A DNA stretch of 64,000 bases from Bdellovibrionales bacterium (lineage in GTDB: Bacteria > Bdellovibrionota > Bdellovibrionia > Bdellovibrionales > UBA1609), in NCBI GenBank assembly GCA_965199935.1, contig CBDATD010000001.1, positions 701,984 through 765,983 of the forward strand. Reading direction: 5' to 3'. The position numbers and the translations under genes were made by a program. Shown in pieces: positions 19,107-27,835 of the stretch (position 1 is its first letter; each line of letters opens with the position of its first letter). The notes beneath the pieces were generated by a model, which made no database searches, was not told the origin of the DNA, and saw nothing but the letters and a program-made list of their open reading frames with translations.

Positions 19107-19562
19107 ATGAGTATTTCTGAATCAGATAAAAAAAATATTGCGGCGGGGCTGTTTCCCGTTTTAGCGGATCACTATGCTCTTTACTTAAAGATGCAGGGAT
19201 ATCACTGGAATGTTGTGGGGCCTTCTTTTTACGCTCTTCACAAGCTTTTTGGGAAAAAATATCAGAGTTTAGCAAAAGATGTGGACGAGATTGCCGAAAG
19301 AATTCGGGCGTTAGGCCCTAAGATTTCAGCGTCTTTTTCTGAGTTTCAAAAACTAAGCTCCATTCAAGATGGTTCAGCAGATTTAGAGGCTAAGGATATG
19401 ATCGTTGATTTGGCGAAAGGATATGAAATTTTAATTCAGGGAATTGAAAAAGTTTTTGACATTGCTGAAAAAGCGGGAGATCAGGCCACTATGGATTTGT
19501 TGACGTCTCTTTTAAGCTCGCATGAGCAAACATTGTGGGGGTTTAAGAGTACATTGCAATAA
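19107..19562 (+). CDS. dps: Dps-family DNA-binding ferritin-like protein
   Basis: HWNVVGPSFYALHKLF and DEIAERIRALG motifs. Start set at the ATG preceded by GGAGGAGG; the track start at 19062 is probably too far upstream. Confidence 0.85.
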   Translation: MSISESDKKNIAAGLFPVLADHYALYLKMQGYHWNVVGPSFYALHKLFGKKYQSLAKDVDEIAERIRALGPKISASFSEFQKLSSIQDGSADLEAKDMIVDLAKGYEILIQGIEKVFDIAEKAGDQATMDLLTSLLSSHEQTLWGFKSTLQ

Positions 19563-19572
19563 TTTGAGGTTA

Positions 19573-19648
19573 GCGGAAGTAGCTCAATTGGTAGAGTATC
19601 AGCCTTCCAAGCTGAGGGTTGCGGGTTCGAGACCCGTCTTCCGCTCCA
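19573..19648 (+). tRNA. tRNA-Gly (anticodon TCC), CCA encoded
   Basis: GCGGAAGTAGCTCAATTGGTAGAGTATCAGCCTTCCAAGCTGAGGGTTGCGGGTTCGAGACCCGTCTTCCGCTCCA. Confidence 0.9.
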
Positions 19649-19754
19649 TGCAGGAGCTTGACCAACGCTTGAAGGTATCGGATACTGTGCAGGTATTCTC
19701 CTGTGTCTCAGGAAGGGACGCGTCAGGTTTGATGTGAAAGCGGGCGGCTGATTC

Positions 19755-20372
19755 ATGATGAAATTTTACCTCCACCTTATCCTCATCTTCATCCTGTCCT
19801 ATGTCTTGTTAAGCAATTGCACTCCACAAACACAAGATTCATATCAAGCATCTGAAGAAGAAGAAATCGAAGAGGAAGACAGCGAGATTGGAGCTAGGAG
19901 CAACAGCAGTAGAAGAAGCGCCAGAAGAAGAGGCAGAAGCAACGGGGGAGGAACATCATCTACGGGAGGAACATCTACAGGAGGAACATCATCTACGGGA
20001 GGAACGTCATCTACGGGAGGAACATCATCCACAGGGGGAACATCTACAGGAGGAAGCCCGGCATCTTGCGGTTGGAGTTTTGATTATTCAGATGTAGATT
20101 GGGATGCCTCATACACCCCTATAGACAGCTTTGAATGTGTTCGATGCGTTGATGACGGCCACTACCTTGGGACTTTTCATTTCTACAAATGCAATCAAAA
20201 GTTTTCCAGTAGAATACACCACTGTATAGACGAAGAACTAGGGCAGTCCACAATTGACAGTATTTCACGTTTTAGATGCAGTAAAACCAACAGCAGTTGG
20301 TCGTGTTCAGAACTTTCCAGCGACCGATATTATGACAGTTTTATCGACTGCTTAAGAGATGAAAGAGTTTAA
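19755..20372 (+). CDS. lipoprotein with acidic stretch, GGTS(S)T tandem repeats and Cys-rich C-terminal domain
   Basis: Lipobox LLSNC. EEEEIEEEDSE, an RR-rich stretch, then GGTSSTGGTSTGGTSSTGGTSSTGGTSSTGGTSTGG. The C-terminal ~110 aa contain 10 Cys. Confidence 0.55.
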   Translation: MMKFYLHLILIFILSYVLLSNCTPQTQDSYQASEEEEIEEEDSEIGARSNSSRRSARRRGRSNGGGTSSTGGTSTGGTSSTGGTSSTGGTSSTGGTSTGGSPASCGWSFDYSDVDWDASYTPIDSFECVRCVDDGHYLGTFHFYKCNQKFSSRIHHCIDEELGQSTIDSISRFRCSKTNSSWSCSELSSDRYYDSFIDCLRDERV

Positions 20373-20395
20373 AATCTTTTTAAATTTTGGCGGGT

Positions 20396-20938
20396 TTAGG
20401 GGGTCTTATGACACCGCCCGGATCTTTTTTCTGAGTCTGTCATATAAGGCAGGCACACTCTTATGAAATTTCCGTCCCCGTAACCTTGATAAACCACCAT
20501 TCCCTGTTGATCGTAAACCGTTTGGGTGAAGGACACCACTCTTCTGTTTTTGTGCTGAACGATTAACACCTGGCCGTTGTCTAATTCAGCTGTAAAAGTA
20601 TCTGTTGGAGTGTCCGGCCGGCTGGTGCTGATAAATGGAATGTTTTTTTGACTAAGAAAACTTACCGATATTTCATTATTGGAGTGAACAGTGATAGAGC
20701 AAGACTCTCCCGTGCTTTCTGATCCTACAAAGAGTCTTTGAAAAAAATCTCTGGCTGGTACAGAAATACAGCCGGAAACTGTTTCTTCCTTAAGCCTTTC
20801 TGTATCCGCCGGTGGATTTTGCAGCAAATTCCGGATTTTGTTTTTTGTGAGTGGAAAAATAGAGTCTGTAGAGTTTTGAGTTACAGAACTCGTACAACCG
20901 AGCAAGGACGCGAAATAAAAAAATAAAAGAAACTTCAT
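20396..20938 (-). CDS. lipoprotein, unknown function
   Basis: Internal Met gives MKFLLFFYFASLLGC (lipobox). No motif recognised. Confidence 0.5.
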   Translation of the reverse strand: MKFLLFFYFASLLGCTSSVTQNSTDSIFPLTKNKIRNLLQNPPADTERLKEETVSGCISVPARDFFQRLFVGSESTGESCSITVHSNNEISVSFLSQKNIPFISTSRPDTPTDTFTAELDNGQVLIVQHKNRRVVSFTQTVYDQQGMVVYQGYGDGNFIRVCLPYMTDSEKRSGRCHKTP

Positions 20939-21322
20939 ACCCTTACATTCTACCGTATTTTCCATTAAATGTTAGTCTTTTATCACACTATATTTCTGCT
21001 TATTTGTTCATTTCTTGTGCGTCATTCTATTATCTTTCTCAGTATGTTATGCTCCTGACCTCTTAAAAAGAGGTTAAAGAGAGAAAAGCTCCTTAAAAGA
21101 GCATCTAACAAAGAGAGATTTCTTGCGCTCTCAGAGCATTTTGACAACAGCTTGAGTGTTTGGAGCCTCTCCTTGTGAGGGATGAGAAAAAGAATTTTTT
21201 GAAAGAGTTTGTTAAGAAGATGAAAAAAAGATCAGTAATATCAGTTAGTTGCAAAAAATATTGAGTTGGTGTCAACCTTTTGATACCAATGATGAAGATT
21301 TAAAAAGAAGAAGGGCCGTTCA

Positions 21323-21796
21323 GTGAATCAGCAAATAACAATTCATCTCAATAAAAAAGATATGGGATTCCCTTATCCGGTGACAGGAGGAGGCTCTAAG
21401 TCTTTGGAAAGTTTCAGAGGAAAAAATCTAGTTTTGTATTTTTACCCTAAAGACCATACTCCGGGCTGTACGAAAGAGGGGCATGAATTTACAGCCCTTC
21501 ATAAAGAGTTTTTGAAACATAATACTCAGATTATTGGAGTCTCTAGAGACAGTCTTTCATCCCATGAGTCTTTCAAACTTAAACAAAAATACAGTTTTGA
21601 TTTGATTAGCGATAAAGAGGAAAAACTTTGCAGGCTTTTTAAAGTTTTGGAAAAAACGGATGAAGGCAGGCATAGACTTGTTCGAAGCACTTTTGTTCTA
21701 AATTCTAAAGGGCGGGTGGTTTATGCAAATAGAAAAGTAAAAGTTCCCGGCCACGCCCGCTCTGTTTTAGACTTTGTAAAAGAAAACCTCACCTAA
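21323..21796 (+). CDS. bcp: peroxiredoxin, Bcp type
   Basis: YFYPKDHTPGCTKE peroxidatic Cys motif; 157 aa; GTG start. Confidence 0.85.
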   Translation: MNQQITIHLNKKDMGFPYPVTGGGSKSLESFRGKNLVLYFYPKDHTPGCTKEGHEFTALHKEFLKHNTQIIGVSRDSLSSHESFKLKQKYSFDLISDKEEKLCRLFKVLEKTDEGRHRLVRSTFVLNSKGRVVYANRKVKVPGHARSVLDFVKENLT

Positions 21797-21989
21797 AAAA
21801 AATGAGCTGTTGAAAAATCACATAATTTTTGTTTTGCTTTAAGACGCCCGATTTTTGCCCTATCGTCTAGATTCATCAGGGAGCTTTGAAAAAAATGGGG
21901 GGGGGTAGAGTAGAATTATATCTCATCTTTGTCTAATTTGTCTAAAGATGAGGCTGATACTTTTGGTTTTTTGAGGAGGTTTAAAAAAA

Positions 21990-22535
21990 ATGGATTTATT
22001 GAAGGCAGTAATTTTTTCTGTGATTTCGATGGCGCTTATCTCTTGCGGCGATAGAGGCGGCAAAGTAAAGGAAGCTGTTGAGATAGAAAATGGTGTATCT
22101 AAAGCAGAGGACGGGCGGATTATATTAAGCAGTGAATCCAAGCCTTTAGTGATGCCAGAAGGAGTCTTTAAAGGAGTCGAAGTTGACCCGAGAAAATTGG
22201 GTTCAGCTATAGCCGGCCGGCTCGATAGTGTCTCAACAGTATATGATATCTCTTTTGCATCCAGATTTTTTATTAGTGGTCTTGTTAGAGGAGGGGTATT
22301 TAATGTTGTATTTGCGGTTAGGACTCTCTCCGGTGAGGTTTACAGGAACATTAAGTGTATGGCTTACCCAGGAAAAGGAAAAGACGCTTTTTTGTGGATT
22401 GAGGACTGCAACAGTGGTCAAGTTAGGTTGGCATTTGCCTTAAAGCCTTATCGATTGAGAGACGTAGCTACTGATCTAGGACTGGAACAAATGCGGTCAA
22501 TAGCGGCGAAAAAATTTAAAAGAACTCTTGATTAG
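21990..22535 (+). CDS. lipoprotein, unknown function
   Basis: Signal peptide with lipobox MALISC. No motif recognised. Confidence 0.5.
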   Translation: MDLLKAVIFSVISMALISCGDRGGKVKEAVEIENGVSKAEDGRIILSSESKPLVMPEGVFKGVEVDPRKLGSAIAGRLDSVSTVYDISFASRFFISGLVRGGVFNVVFAVRTLSGEVYRNIKCMAYPGKGKDAFLWIEDCNSGQVRLAFALKPYRLRDVATDLGLEQMRSIAAKKFKRTLD

Positions 22536-22578
22536 GGGGCAAACCCTTATTTTTGCTCCTATTTAGAGTCTGTGGAAG

Positions 22579-23241
22579 ATGCATACTTTTCGTTTGTTTA
22601 TTTATGATCACTGCCCCTACTGTGTTAAAGCTCGGATGATCTTTGGTTTGAAAAACCAATCTTTGGAAAATGTCGTTCTGCTCAATGACGATGAGAAAAC
22701 CCCTTTCTCCATGATTGGACGCAAAATGGCGCCTATTCTGGAAAAAGAAAACGGAGAATTTATGCCGGAGAGCCTGGACATCATTAAATACATCGACAAT
22801 AAAACACCCCCTCCCCTAGTGGTTGAAGAAGAAGACCCGGTTCTTATGGAAATACTTTTTCAAGCACGCACGGATTATTATTCTTTAACTATGCCTCGAT
22901 GGGTTCAATCCAGCATGGAAGAATTTAAAACTGAATCTGCCCGCAAATATTTTCAAACTAAAAAAGAACAAATAATCGGCTCTTTTTCTTCAGCTTTGGA
23001 GCAGACAGAGCATTTTAAGACAAATGTTTCTAAAACTCTGGAAATTTTAGCCGGGCGGCTCTCCCCGACTTTTGAATGGTATAAAGGCAGTAAAATCAGC
23101 CTTAATGACTTTCATTTGTTTGCTTTTCTAAGAGGTTTAAGCGTTGTCAAAGACCTCTCATTTCCAGAGGTTTTAGAAGAATATGCTGTACGCACGTCGC
23201 AAAAAACCAATGTACCCCTTAGTACAGATACAGCCTGCTGA
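22579..23241 (+). CDS. grxB: glutaredoxin 2 (GST-like)
   Basis: N-terminal LFIYDHCPYCVKARM (CPYC active site) on a ~220-aa protein, as in Grx2. Confidence 0.75.
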   Translation: MHTFRLFIYDHCPYCVKARMIFGLKNQSLENVVLLNDDEKTPFSMIGRKMAPILEKENGEFMPESLDIIKYIDNKTPPPLVVEEEDPVLMEILFQARTDYYSLTMPRWVQSSMEEFKTESARKYFQTKKEQIIGSFSSALEQTEHFKTNVSKTLEILAGRLSPTFEWYKGSKISLNDFHLFAFLRGLSVVKDLSFPEVLEEYAVRTSQKTNVPLSTDTAC

Positions 23242-23295
23242 TTGTTTAAACTCGTTCCTAAAAATTCATAAACAAGCGATAATACCTGTACAATC

Positions 23296-23325
23296 TTGCA
23301 ATAATGTTTCATACTGGTTTAGACT
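23296..23325 (+). promoter_or_regulatory. candidate sigma70-type promoter (TTGCAA-N18-TAGACT) of lipoprotein paralog A
   Basis: The hexamers and spacing are conserved upstream of paralog B at 24216-24245. Followed by AGGAGG and the ATG. Confidence 0.35.
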
Positions 23326-23348
23326 CTAATTTGATCAGGAGGATTTTC

Positions 23349-23933
23349 ATGAAATGGATTTTTATTTGCGTGAGTTTTTTATTTCTTGCTTTTGGGTGCA
23401 GTAAACCGAGTGACAGCGAGTTAGAATCAGAAGCTGGAGAAGGAAATGATTCGTCTAATGTTGTTTCAGTAAACACCGGCTTGCAAAAAAGTACATCTGA
23501 TTTGTTGGCGGAGGAGGAAACAGCTGGCGCTGATGAAGAATTATCTTCAGAAACAGATGGGCCGGTTTCAAATGACTTTGAACAGCCTGCCGGAGCTGTG
23601 CCTGCTCGTTTGGAGTTAAATTCTTGCAGGGGGGATTTAACACAATTAAAACAGTCTTGTGAGTTTATGCCGGAGTGGTTGAAAAATGTTCAAGCTTCCG
23701 GCGAAGATGTCACCATTGAAAGAAATAAACATGGTGTGACAGTTGTTTGGAATAGCGGAACTTTTGAAGGGGGCTCCTTTAAAGGGTTGTGGAAAAACGG
23801 CTCTTGCAGAGGAGGTGTCATGGAGTCTGTGGTTTGGGACCAAGGTGTTTTTGATACCGGCTGTGTATGGAAGAACGGTCTTTGGAAAGATGGTGTTTGC
23901 CAGGCTGAAGACTGCAGTCACACTGTGAATTGA
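23349..23933 (+). CDS. lipoprotein paralog A: lipobox, acidic linker, conserved Cys/Trp/Gly-rich C-terminal domain
   Basis: The ATG at 23349 is preceded by AGGAGG. MKWIFICVSFLFLAFGC lipobox. The C-terminal ~105 aa are nearly identical to those of 24269-25159. Confidence 0.7.
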   Translation: MKWIFICVSFLFLAFGCSKPSDSELESEAGEGNDSSNVVSVNTGLQKSTSDLLAEEETAGADEELSSETDGPVSNDFEQPAGAVPARLELNSCRGDLTQLKQSCEFMPEWLKNVQASGEDVTIERNKHGVTVVWNSGTFEGGSFKGLWKNGSCRGGVMESVVWDQGVFDTGCVWKNGLWKDGVCQAEDCSHTVN

Positions 23934-23938
23934 AAAAA

Positions 23939-24010
23939 GCCCGTATAGCTCAGGGGTAGAGCGTACCCTTGGTAAGGGTGAGGACGTGAGTTCGAGTCTC
24001 ACTATGGGCT
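23939..24010 (+). tRNA. tRNA-Thr (anticodon GGT)
   Basis: GCCCGTATAGCTCAGGGGTAGAGCGTACCCTTGGTAAGGGTGAGGACGTGAGTTCGAGTCTCACTATGGGCT. The acceptor stem pairs with one G-T wobble. Confidence 0.9.
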
Positions 24011-24040
24011 CGGTTTCACGGGGGAAGTCTTGTGAGAGGC

Positions 24041-24083
24041 GGTAAAATGATCCACTCGGATCATTTCACCTAAGTTTTTTTTT
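24041..24083 (+). terminator. rho-independent terminator
   Basis: GGTAAAATGATCC-ACTC-GGATCATTTCACC forms a 13-bp stem with one mismatch, followed by TAAGTTTTTTTTT. Confidence 0.7.
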
Positions 24084-24159
24084 GTGGATTAGAGTTTCAT
24101 CCGAGTTGAGGATAAGAGAATCTGCGAGCTGTTTCGGCGTTTGCCTTCACAGCCCGCAG

Positions 24160-24188
24160 GGACGTGAGTTCGAGTCTCACTATGGGCT
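24160..24188 (+). repeat. orphan copy of the 3' 29 nt of tRNA-Thr(GGT) (att-like direct repeat)
   Basis: GGACGTGAGTTCGAGTCTCACTATGGGCT is identical to 23982-24010. No 5' half of a tRNA precedes it. Confidence 0.85.
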
Positions 24189-24215
24189 TAGTTCTACAGC
24201 GTCCTTGTAAAATTC

Positions 24216-24245
24216 TTGCAATAGCGTTTCACGCTGGTTTAGACT
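24216..24245 (+). promoter_or_regulatory. candidate sigma70-type promoter (TTGCAA-N18-TAGACT) of lipoprotein paralog B
   Basis: Same hexamers and spacing as 23296-23325. Confidence 0.35.
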
Positions 24246-24268
24246 GTAATTTAATCAGGAGGATTTTC

Positions 24269-25159
24269 ATGAGATTTCTGCTCATTTGTATAAGTGTTTT
24301 GTTTTTTGCTTTTGGGTGCGGCAAACCGGATGAGGATGAAACGCAGTCAGACGCCAAAGATCAAGAATCTCCGCCTAATCTTGTTTTTATAAAAACTGAA
24401 CCGCCAAAAAATGATCTGGATTTAGAAGATCAATTAAGAGGCGAGGAACCTGCTGAAAGACCTACAGCCTCTGAAGAAGAGGAGCAGACAATCTCCGCAG
24501 TTGAAAACAGCCCATTAGAAGACGCGCGAACGCCGACATCTGCTATTGAAAATCCACCGCCGTCTGCAGTTGAAGAACAAACAATCACTGCTGCTGCTAA
24601 GGAAGAGCAGATAGATATTTCTATTGAATCAGAGCCTCCAGATCTTCTTGCAGAGCAAACTAAAGCAGAAACTGAAACAGCAGAGCAAAGCACTGAAGAA
24701 GAAGGGGCAGTTGAAGAAGATGGATTAAATGATGGACAAATAGAAACTGCCGCTGTTGTTGGAGAAACAGAATTAAATCAGGCCGGCAGTGTTAAACCGC
24801 CTGCTGTTCAAATAGAAACTAAATCCTTTTTCCCTCTGGAGCCTGCTGTTTGCAGAGGAAACTTGGAGTGGTTGAAAAATTCTTGTGAGTTTATGCCGGA
24901 GTGGTTGAAAAATGTCCAAGCTAAGGGCGAGGACATCACAATCAAAAGAAGCAGGCACGGCATCACCGTCATTTGGAATAGCGGAATTTTTGAAGGAGGT
25001 TCTTTTAGGGGCCTGTGGAAAAACGGCGCTTGCAGAGGAGGTGTCATGGAGTCTGTGGTTTGGGACCAAGGTATTTTTGATACCGGCTGTAGATGGAAAA
25101 ACGGCCTTTGGAAAGACGGCATCTGCCAAGCTGAAGACTGCAGTCACACTGCGAATTGA
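24269..25159 (+). CDS. lipoprotein paralog B: lipobox, long acidic E/T/A/P-rich linker, conserved Cys/Trp/Gly-rich C-terminal domain
   Basis: The ATG at 24269 is preceded by AGGAGG. MRFLLICISVLFFAFGC lipobox. The C-terminus runs CRGNLEWLKNSCEFMPEWLKNVQAKGEDITI...WKNGLWKDGICQAEDCSHTAN. Confidence 0.7.
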   Translation: MRFLLICISVLFFAFGCGKPDEDETQSDAKDQESPPNLVFIKTEPPKNDLDLEDQLRGEEPAERPTASEEEEQTISAVENSPLEDARTPTSAIENPPPSAVEEQTITAAAKEEQIDISIESEPPDLLAEQTKAETETAEQSTEEEGAVEEDGLNDGQIETAAVVGETELNQAGSVKPPAVQIETKSFFPLEPAVCRGNLEWLKNSCEFMPEWLKNVQAKGEDITIKRSRHGITVIWNSGIFEGGSFRGLWKNGACRGGVMESVVWDQGIFDTGCRWKNGLWKDGICQAEDCSHTAN

Positions 25160-25397
25160 AAAAGACTCGGTTCACATTACAAAGATGGAGCCTTTTGAAA
25201 GGTCCGGTTTTTTGGGACTGAGATTTGATTTTTTTGTTGATAAAAGGCAAAATTGAGCGTAGAGTGACGGCTTTTGCACCGCCAATTCTTAAGAGACGGC
25301 ACGAAATTCAAGGTTTTTTTGCTTGTAATTGTTTGTGGTTGCTTGTCTTTTTACGATTTGGTCAAAAAATTAACGAAAAATCGGAGGTTCAGCTGTA

Positions 25398-26582
25398 ATG
25401 GCAAAAGAAACATTTCAAAGGACGAAGGAGCATATCAATGTTGGTACTATTGGTCATGTGGATCACGGGAAAACCACTCTAACTGCGGCGATCACTGCTG
25501 TACTTGCCAAAAAAGGCGGCGCCCAGGTGATGAAATACGATGACATTGATAAAGCTCCCGAAGAAAAAGCGAGAGGTATTACTATTTCCACAGCTCACGT
25601 TGAATACGAGACAGAAAAACGCCACTACGCTCATGTGGACTGTCCGGGCCATGCTGATTATGTCAAAAACATGATTACAGGAGCCGCTCAAATGGATGGC
25701 GCCATCCTTGTGGTTTCAGCGACGGACGGGGCTATGCCTCAAACAAGAGAGCATATTTTGCTCGCTCGTCAAGTGGGGGTTCCGGCTATTGTGGTTTATT
25801 TGAATAAATGTGATCAAGAGAGCGATCCTGAAATGCAGGAAATTGTGGAAATGGAGCTTAAGGATTTGCTGAGTAAATACGAATTTCCAGGGGATAAAAT
25901 TCCTATCGTTAAAGGTTCTGCGCTCAAAGCTCTTGAAGGGGACGAAAAATTTGAAAAGTCTATTTTAGATTTGATGTCCGCTGTGGATTCTTATATTCCT
26001 TCTCCAAAAAGAGACAAGGAAAAACCTTACTTGATGCCTATTGAAGATGTCTTTTCTATTTCCGGCCGCGGCACTGTGGTGACAGGGCGTATAGAAAGAG
26101 GAATTGTAAAAATCAATCAAGAGGTGGAAATTGTCGGCATCAATGAAACAAAGAAAACAGTAGTGACAGGAATTGAAATGTTCAGAAAGCAATTGGATCA
26201 AGGAGAGGCTGGAGACAATGCTGGTTGTTTGCTGAGGGGTATTGACAAAACAGATGTGGAGAGAGGACAGGTGCTGGCCGCACCCGGCTCCATTACTCCT
26301 CATAAAAAGTTTAAGTGCCAGTGCTATGTATTAACCAAAGACGAAGGAGGAAGGCATAAAGCTTTCCACAATGGATACCGTCCGCAGTTTTATTTCCGTA
26401 CGACAGATGTGACGGGTTCAATTAGTTTGCCTAAGGGGACAGAGATGGTCATGCCTGGAGACAATGTCAGTATGGATGTGGAGCTTATTTCCCCTATTGC
26501 GATGGAAAAAGGTTTAAGATTTGCAGTTCGAGAGGGCGGACGCACGGTGGCTTCAGGGGTCGTTTCTGAAGTTGTAGAGTGA
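25398..26582 (+). CDS. tuf: elongation factor Tu
   Basis: [22 protein letters not shown]; 394 aa; GGAGG RBS. Confidence 0.98.
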   Translation: MAKETFQRTKEHINVGTIGHVDHGKTTLTAAITAVLAKKGGAQVMKYDDIDKAPEEKARGITISTAHVEYETEKRHYAHVDCPGHADYVKNMITGAAQMDGAILVVSATDGAMPQTREHILLARQVGVPAIVVYLNKCDQESDPEMQEIVEMELKDLLSKYEFPGDKIPIVKGSALKALEGDEKFEKSILDLMSAVDSYIPSPKRDKEKPYLMPIEDVFSISGRGTVVTGRIERGIVKINQEVEIVGINETKKTVVTGIEMFRKQLDQGEAGDNAGCLLRGIDKTDVERGQVLAAPGSITPHKKFKCQCYVLTKDEGGRHKAFHNGYRPQFYFRTTDVTGSISLPKGTEMVMPGDNVSMDVELISPIAMEKGLRFAVREGGRTVASGVVSEVVE

Positions 26583-26635
26583 GTTTTAAAAGCACTTGCG
26601 CCCAAGCTCTTTTGATACAGTGAAAATTCATCAAC

Positions 26636-26708
26636 AGGGCAGTGGCTCAATTGGTAGAGTAGCGGACTCCAAATCCGTTGGTTGGGGGTTCGAGTCCCTC
26701 CTGCCCTG
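26636..26708 (+). tRNA. tRNA-Trp (anticodon CCA)
   Basis: AGGGCAGTGGCTCAATTGGTAGAGTAGCGGACTCCAAATCCGTTGGTTGGGGGTTCGAGTCCCTCCTGCCCTG. Confidence 0.9.
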
Positions 26709-26869
26709 CATTTTGCAGAAGGTGTTGAAAGAATGGACTTAAAGCGAATGGATGACTGGTGTTGAATGCGAAAGCATTCAATACGAGACAGGAATCTGGA
26801 TGATTTTTTGAGTGAATAAGAAGGGCCTGTGCAGGGATCGGGCGTGAGGCAGGCAGAAGGATCAAACAG

Positions 26870-27244
26870 ATGGGTAAGTACGCAAAAATTATTCAGGTCT
26901 CTGGTGTTTTATTTTCAATAACAGTTGGTTATTGCATAAAGGTCATTTTTGAGTTTTTTGCAGTTCTTTTCGGCCCCGCCGCCAAATTGTATGGGATGGA
27001 AGTATTTCGCCATGGGATTCCTCTGGGGCTGGGAGTTGTTTGCTTTTGTATTATTCAGTTTCATCCAAAAATTCAAAAATGGCTGATGGATGTGGTGACA
27101 GAAATTGACAAAGTTGTTTGGCCCACAAAAAAAGATACTTTTTCTATGACGGCGGTCGTTTGCTTCATCTTGGTTTTGTCCGGAATCGTTCTGGGCTTGT
27201 TTGATTTAAGTGCGGCAACACTGATGCGGTTTATTATGAATTAG
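26870..27244 (+). CDS. secE: preprotein translocase subunit SecE (three-TM form)
   Basis: C-terminal KVVWPTKKDT followed by a TM helix. Sits between tRNA-Trp and nusG. Confidence 0.8.
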   Translation: MGKYAKIIQVSGVLFSITVGYCIKVIFEFFAVLFGPAAKLYGMEVFRHGIPLGLGVVCFCIIQFHPKIQKWLMDVVTEIDKVVWPTKKDTFSMTAVVCFILVLSGIVLGLFDLSAATLMRFIMN

Positions 27245-27258
27245 GGAGTTTGTGAAAA

Positions 27259-27816
27259 ATGGTTGAACAAGAGAATTTGCTCCATAAGTGGTATATTGTG
27301 AAAACAAAAACGAATTGTGAGTTTCGGGCGAGGGATTCTATTCAAAATCTCGTTAAAAGCCATAAATTAAGCCAATATGTGAAGGATATTCTGGTCCCTG
27401 AGAAAGATGTGGTTGAGGTTGTAAAGGGGAAAAAGATGACTCGTTCAAAAAAATTCTATCCAGGCTACGTTTTTGTTCAAATGCACTTGACGGATCAAGT
27501 GTGGCATCTCATAAAGGGTGTCTCGAATGTTGTCAGTTTTGTAGGAGGCGGCAAAAAAGGATGGCCTCCGGAGGTTCCTGCAAAACAAATAGAAGTTATA
27601 CAAAGTCAGGTGAAGGAAGACTTTGAAAGTCCTGTAGTGAGTGCCTCTTTTTCTGTTGGGGAGAGGGTGGCCGTGATTGACGGGCCTTTTAAGGGCTTCA
27701 GCGGTGTTGTTAAAGAGGTTAATCAGGAGAAGGCTCGCATTAAGATTGAGGTGAGCATCTTCGGGGGGCCTACACCTGTGGAGCTGGATTTTGAGCAAGT
27801 GCATTCTGAGAGTTAA
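27259..27816 (+). CDS. nusG: transcription termination/antitermination factor NusG
   Basis: NGN start KWYIVKTKTNCE and KOW motif GERVAVIDGPFKGFSGVVKEV. Confidence 0.95.
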   Translation: MVEQENLLHKWYIVKTKTNCEFRARDSIQNLVKSHKLSQYVKDILVPEKDVVEVVKGKKMTRSKKFYPGYVFVQMHLTDQVWHLIKGVSNVVSFVGGGKKGWPPEVPAKQIEVIQSQVKEDFESPVVSASFSVGERVAVIDGPFKGFSGVVKEVNQEKARIKIEVSIFGGPTPVELDFEQVHSES

Positions 27817-27835
27817 TTTTTTAGGTTGGTAGAAT

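Noticed and set aside
21921-21953. 9-bp stem (CTCATCTTT / AAAGATGAG) with a 13-nt loop, considered as a bcp terminator.
   Set aside because: It lies about 125 nt downstream of the bcp stop and no T-run follows directly. The evidence is too weak to annotate.
24773-25256. Four frames are simultaneously open over the C-terminal domain of lipoprotein paralog B (and similarly over paralog A at 23646-24002), which hints at overlapping genes.
   Set aside because: Conservation of the alternative frames between paralogs follows automatically from ~90 percent DNA identity. The alternative products lack start context and look like low-complexity shadows of a Gly/Trp/Cys-rich coding frame.
16900-25400. 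Prophage or integrative-element call for the tRNA-bounded accessory segments.
   Set aside because: There are no integrase, excisionase, transposase, phage structural or conjugation genes. Only the 29-bp tRNA-Thr fragment is direct evidence, so no mobile_element feature is annotated.
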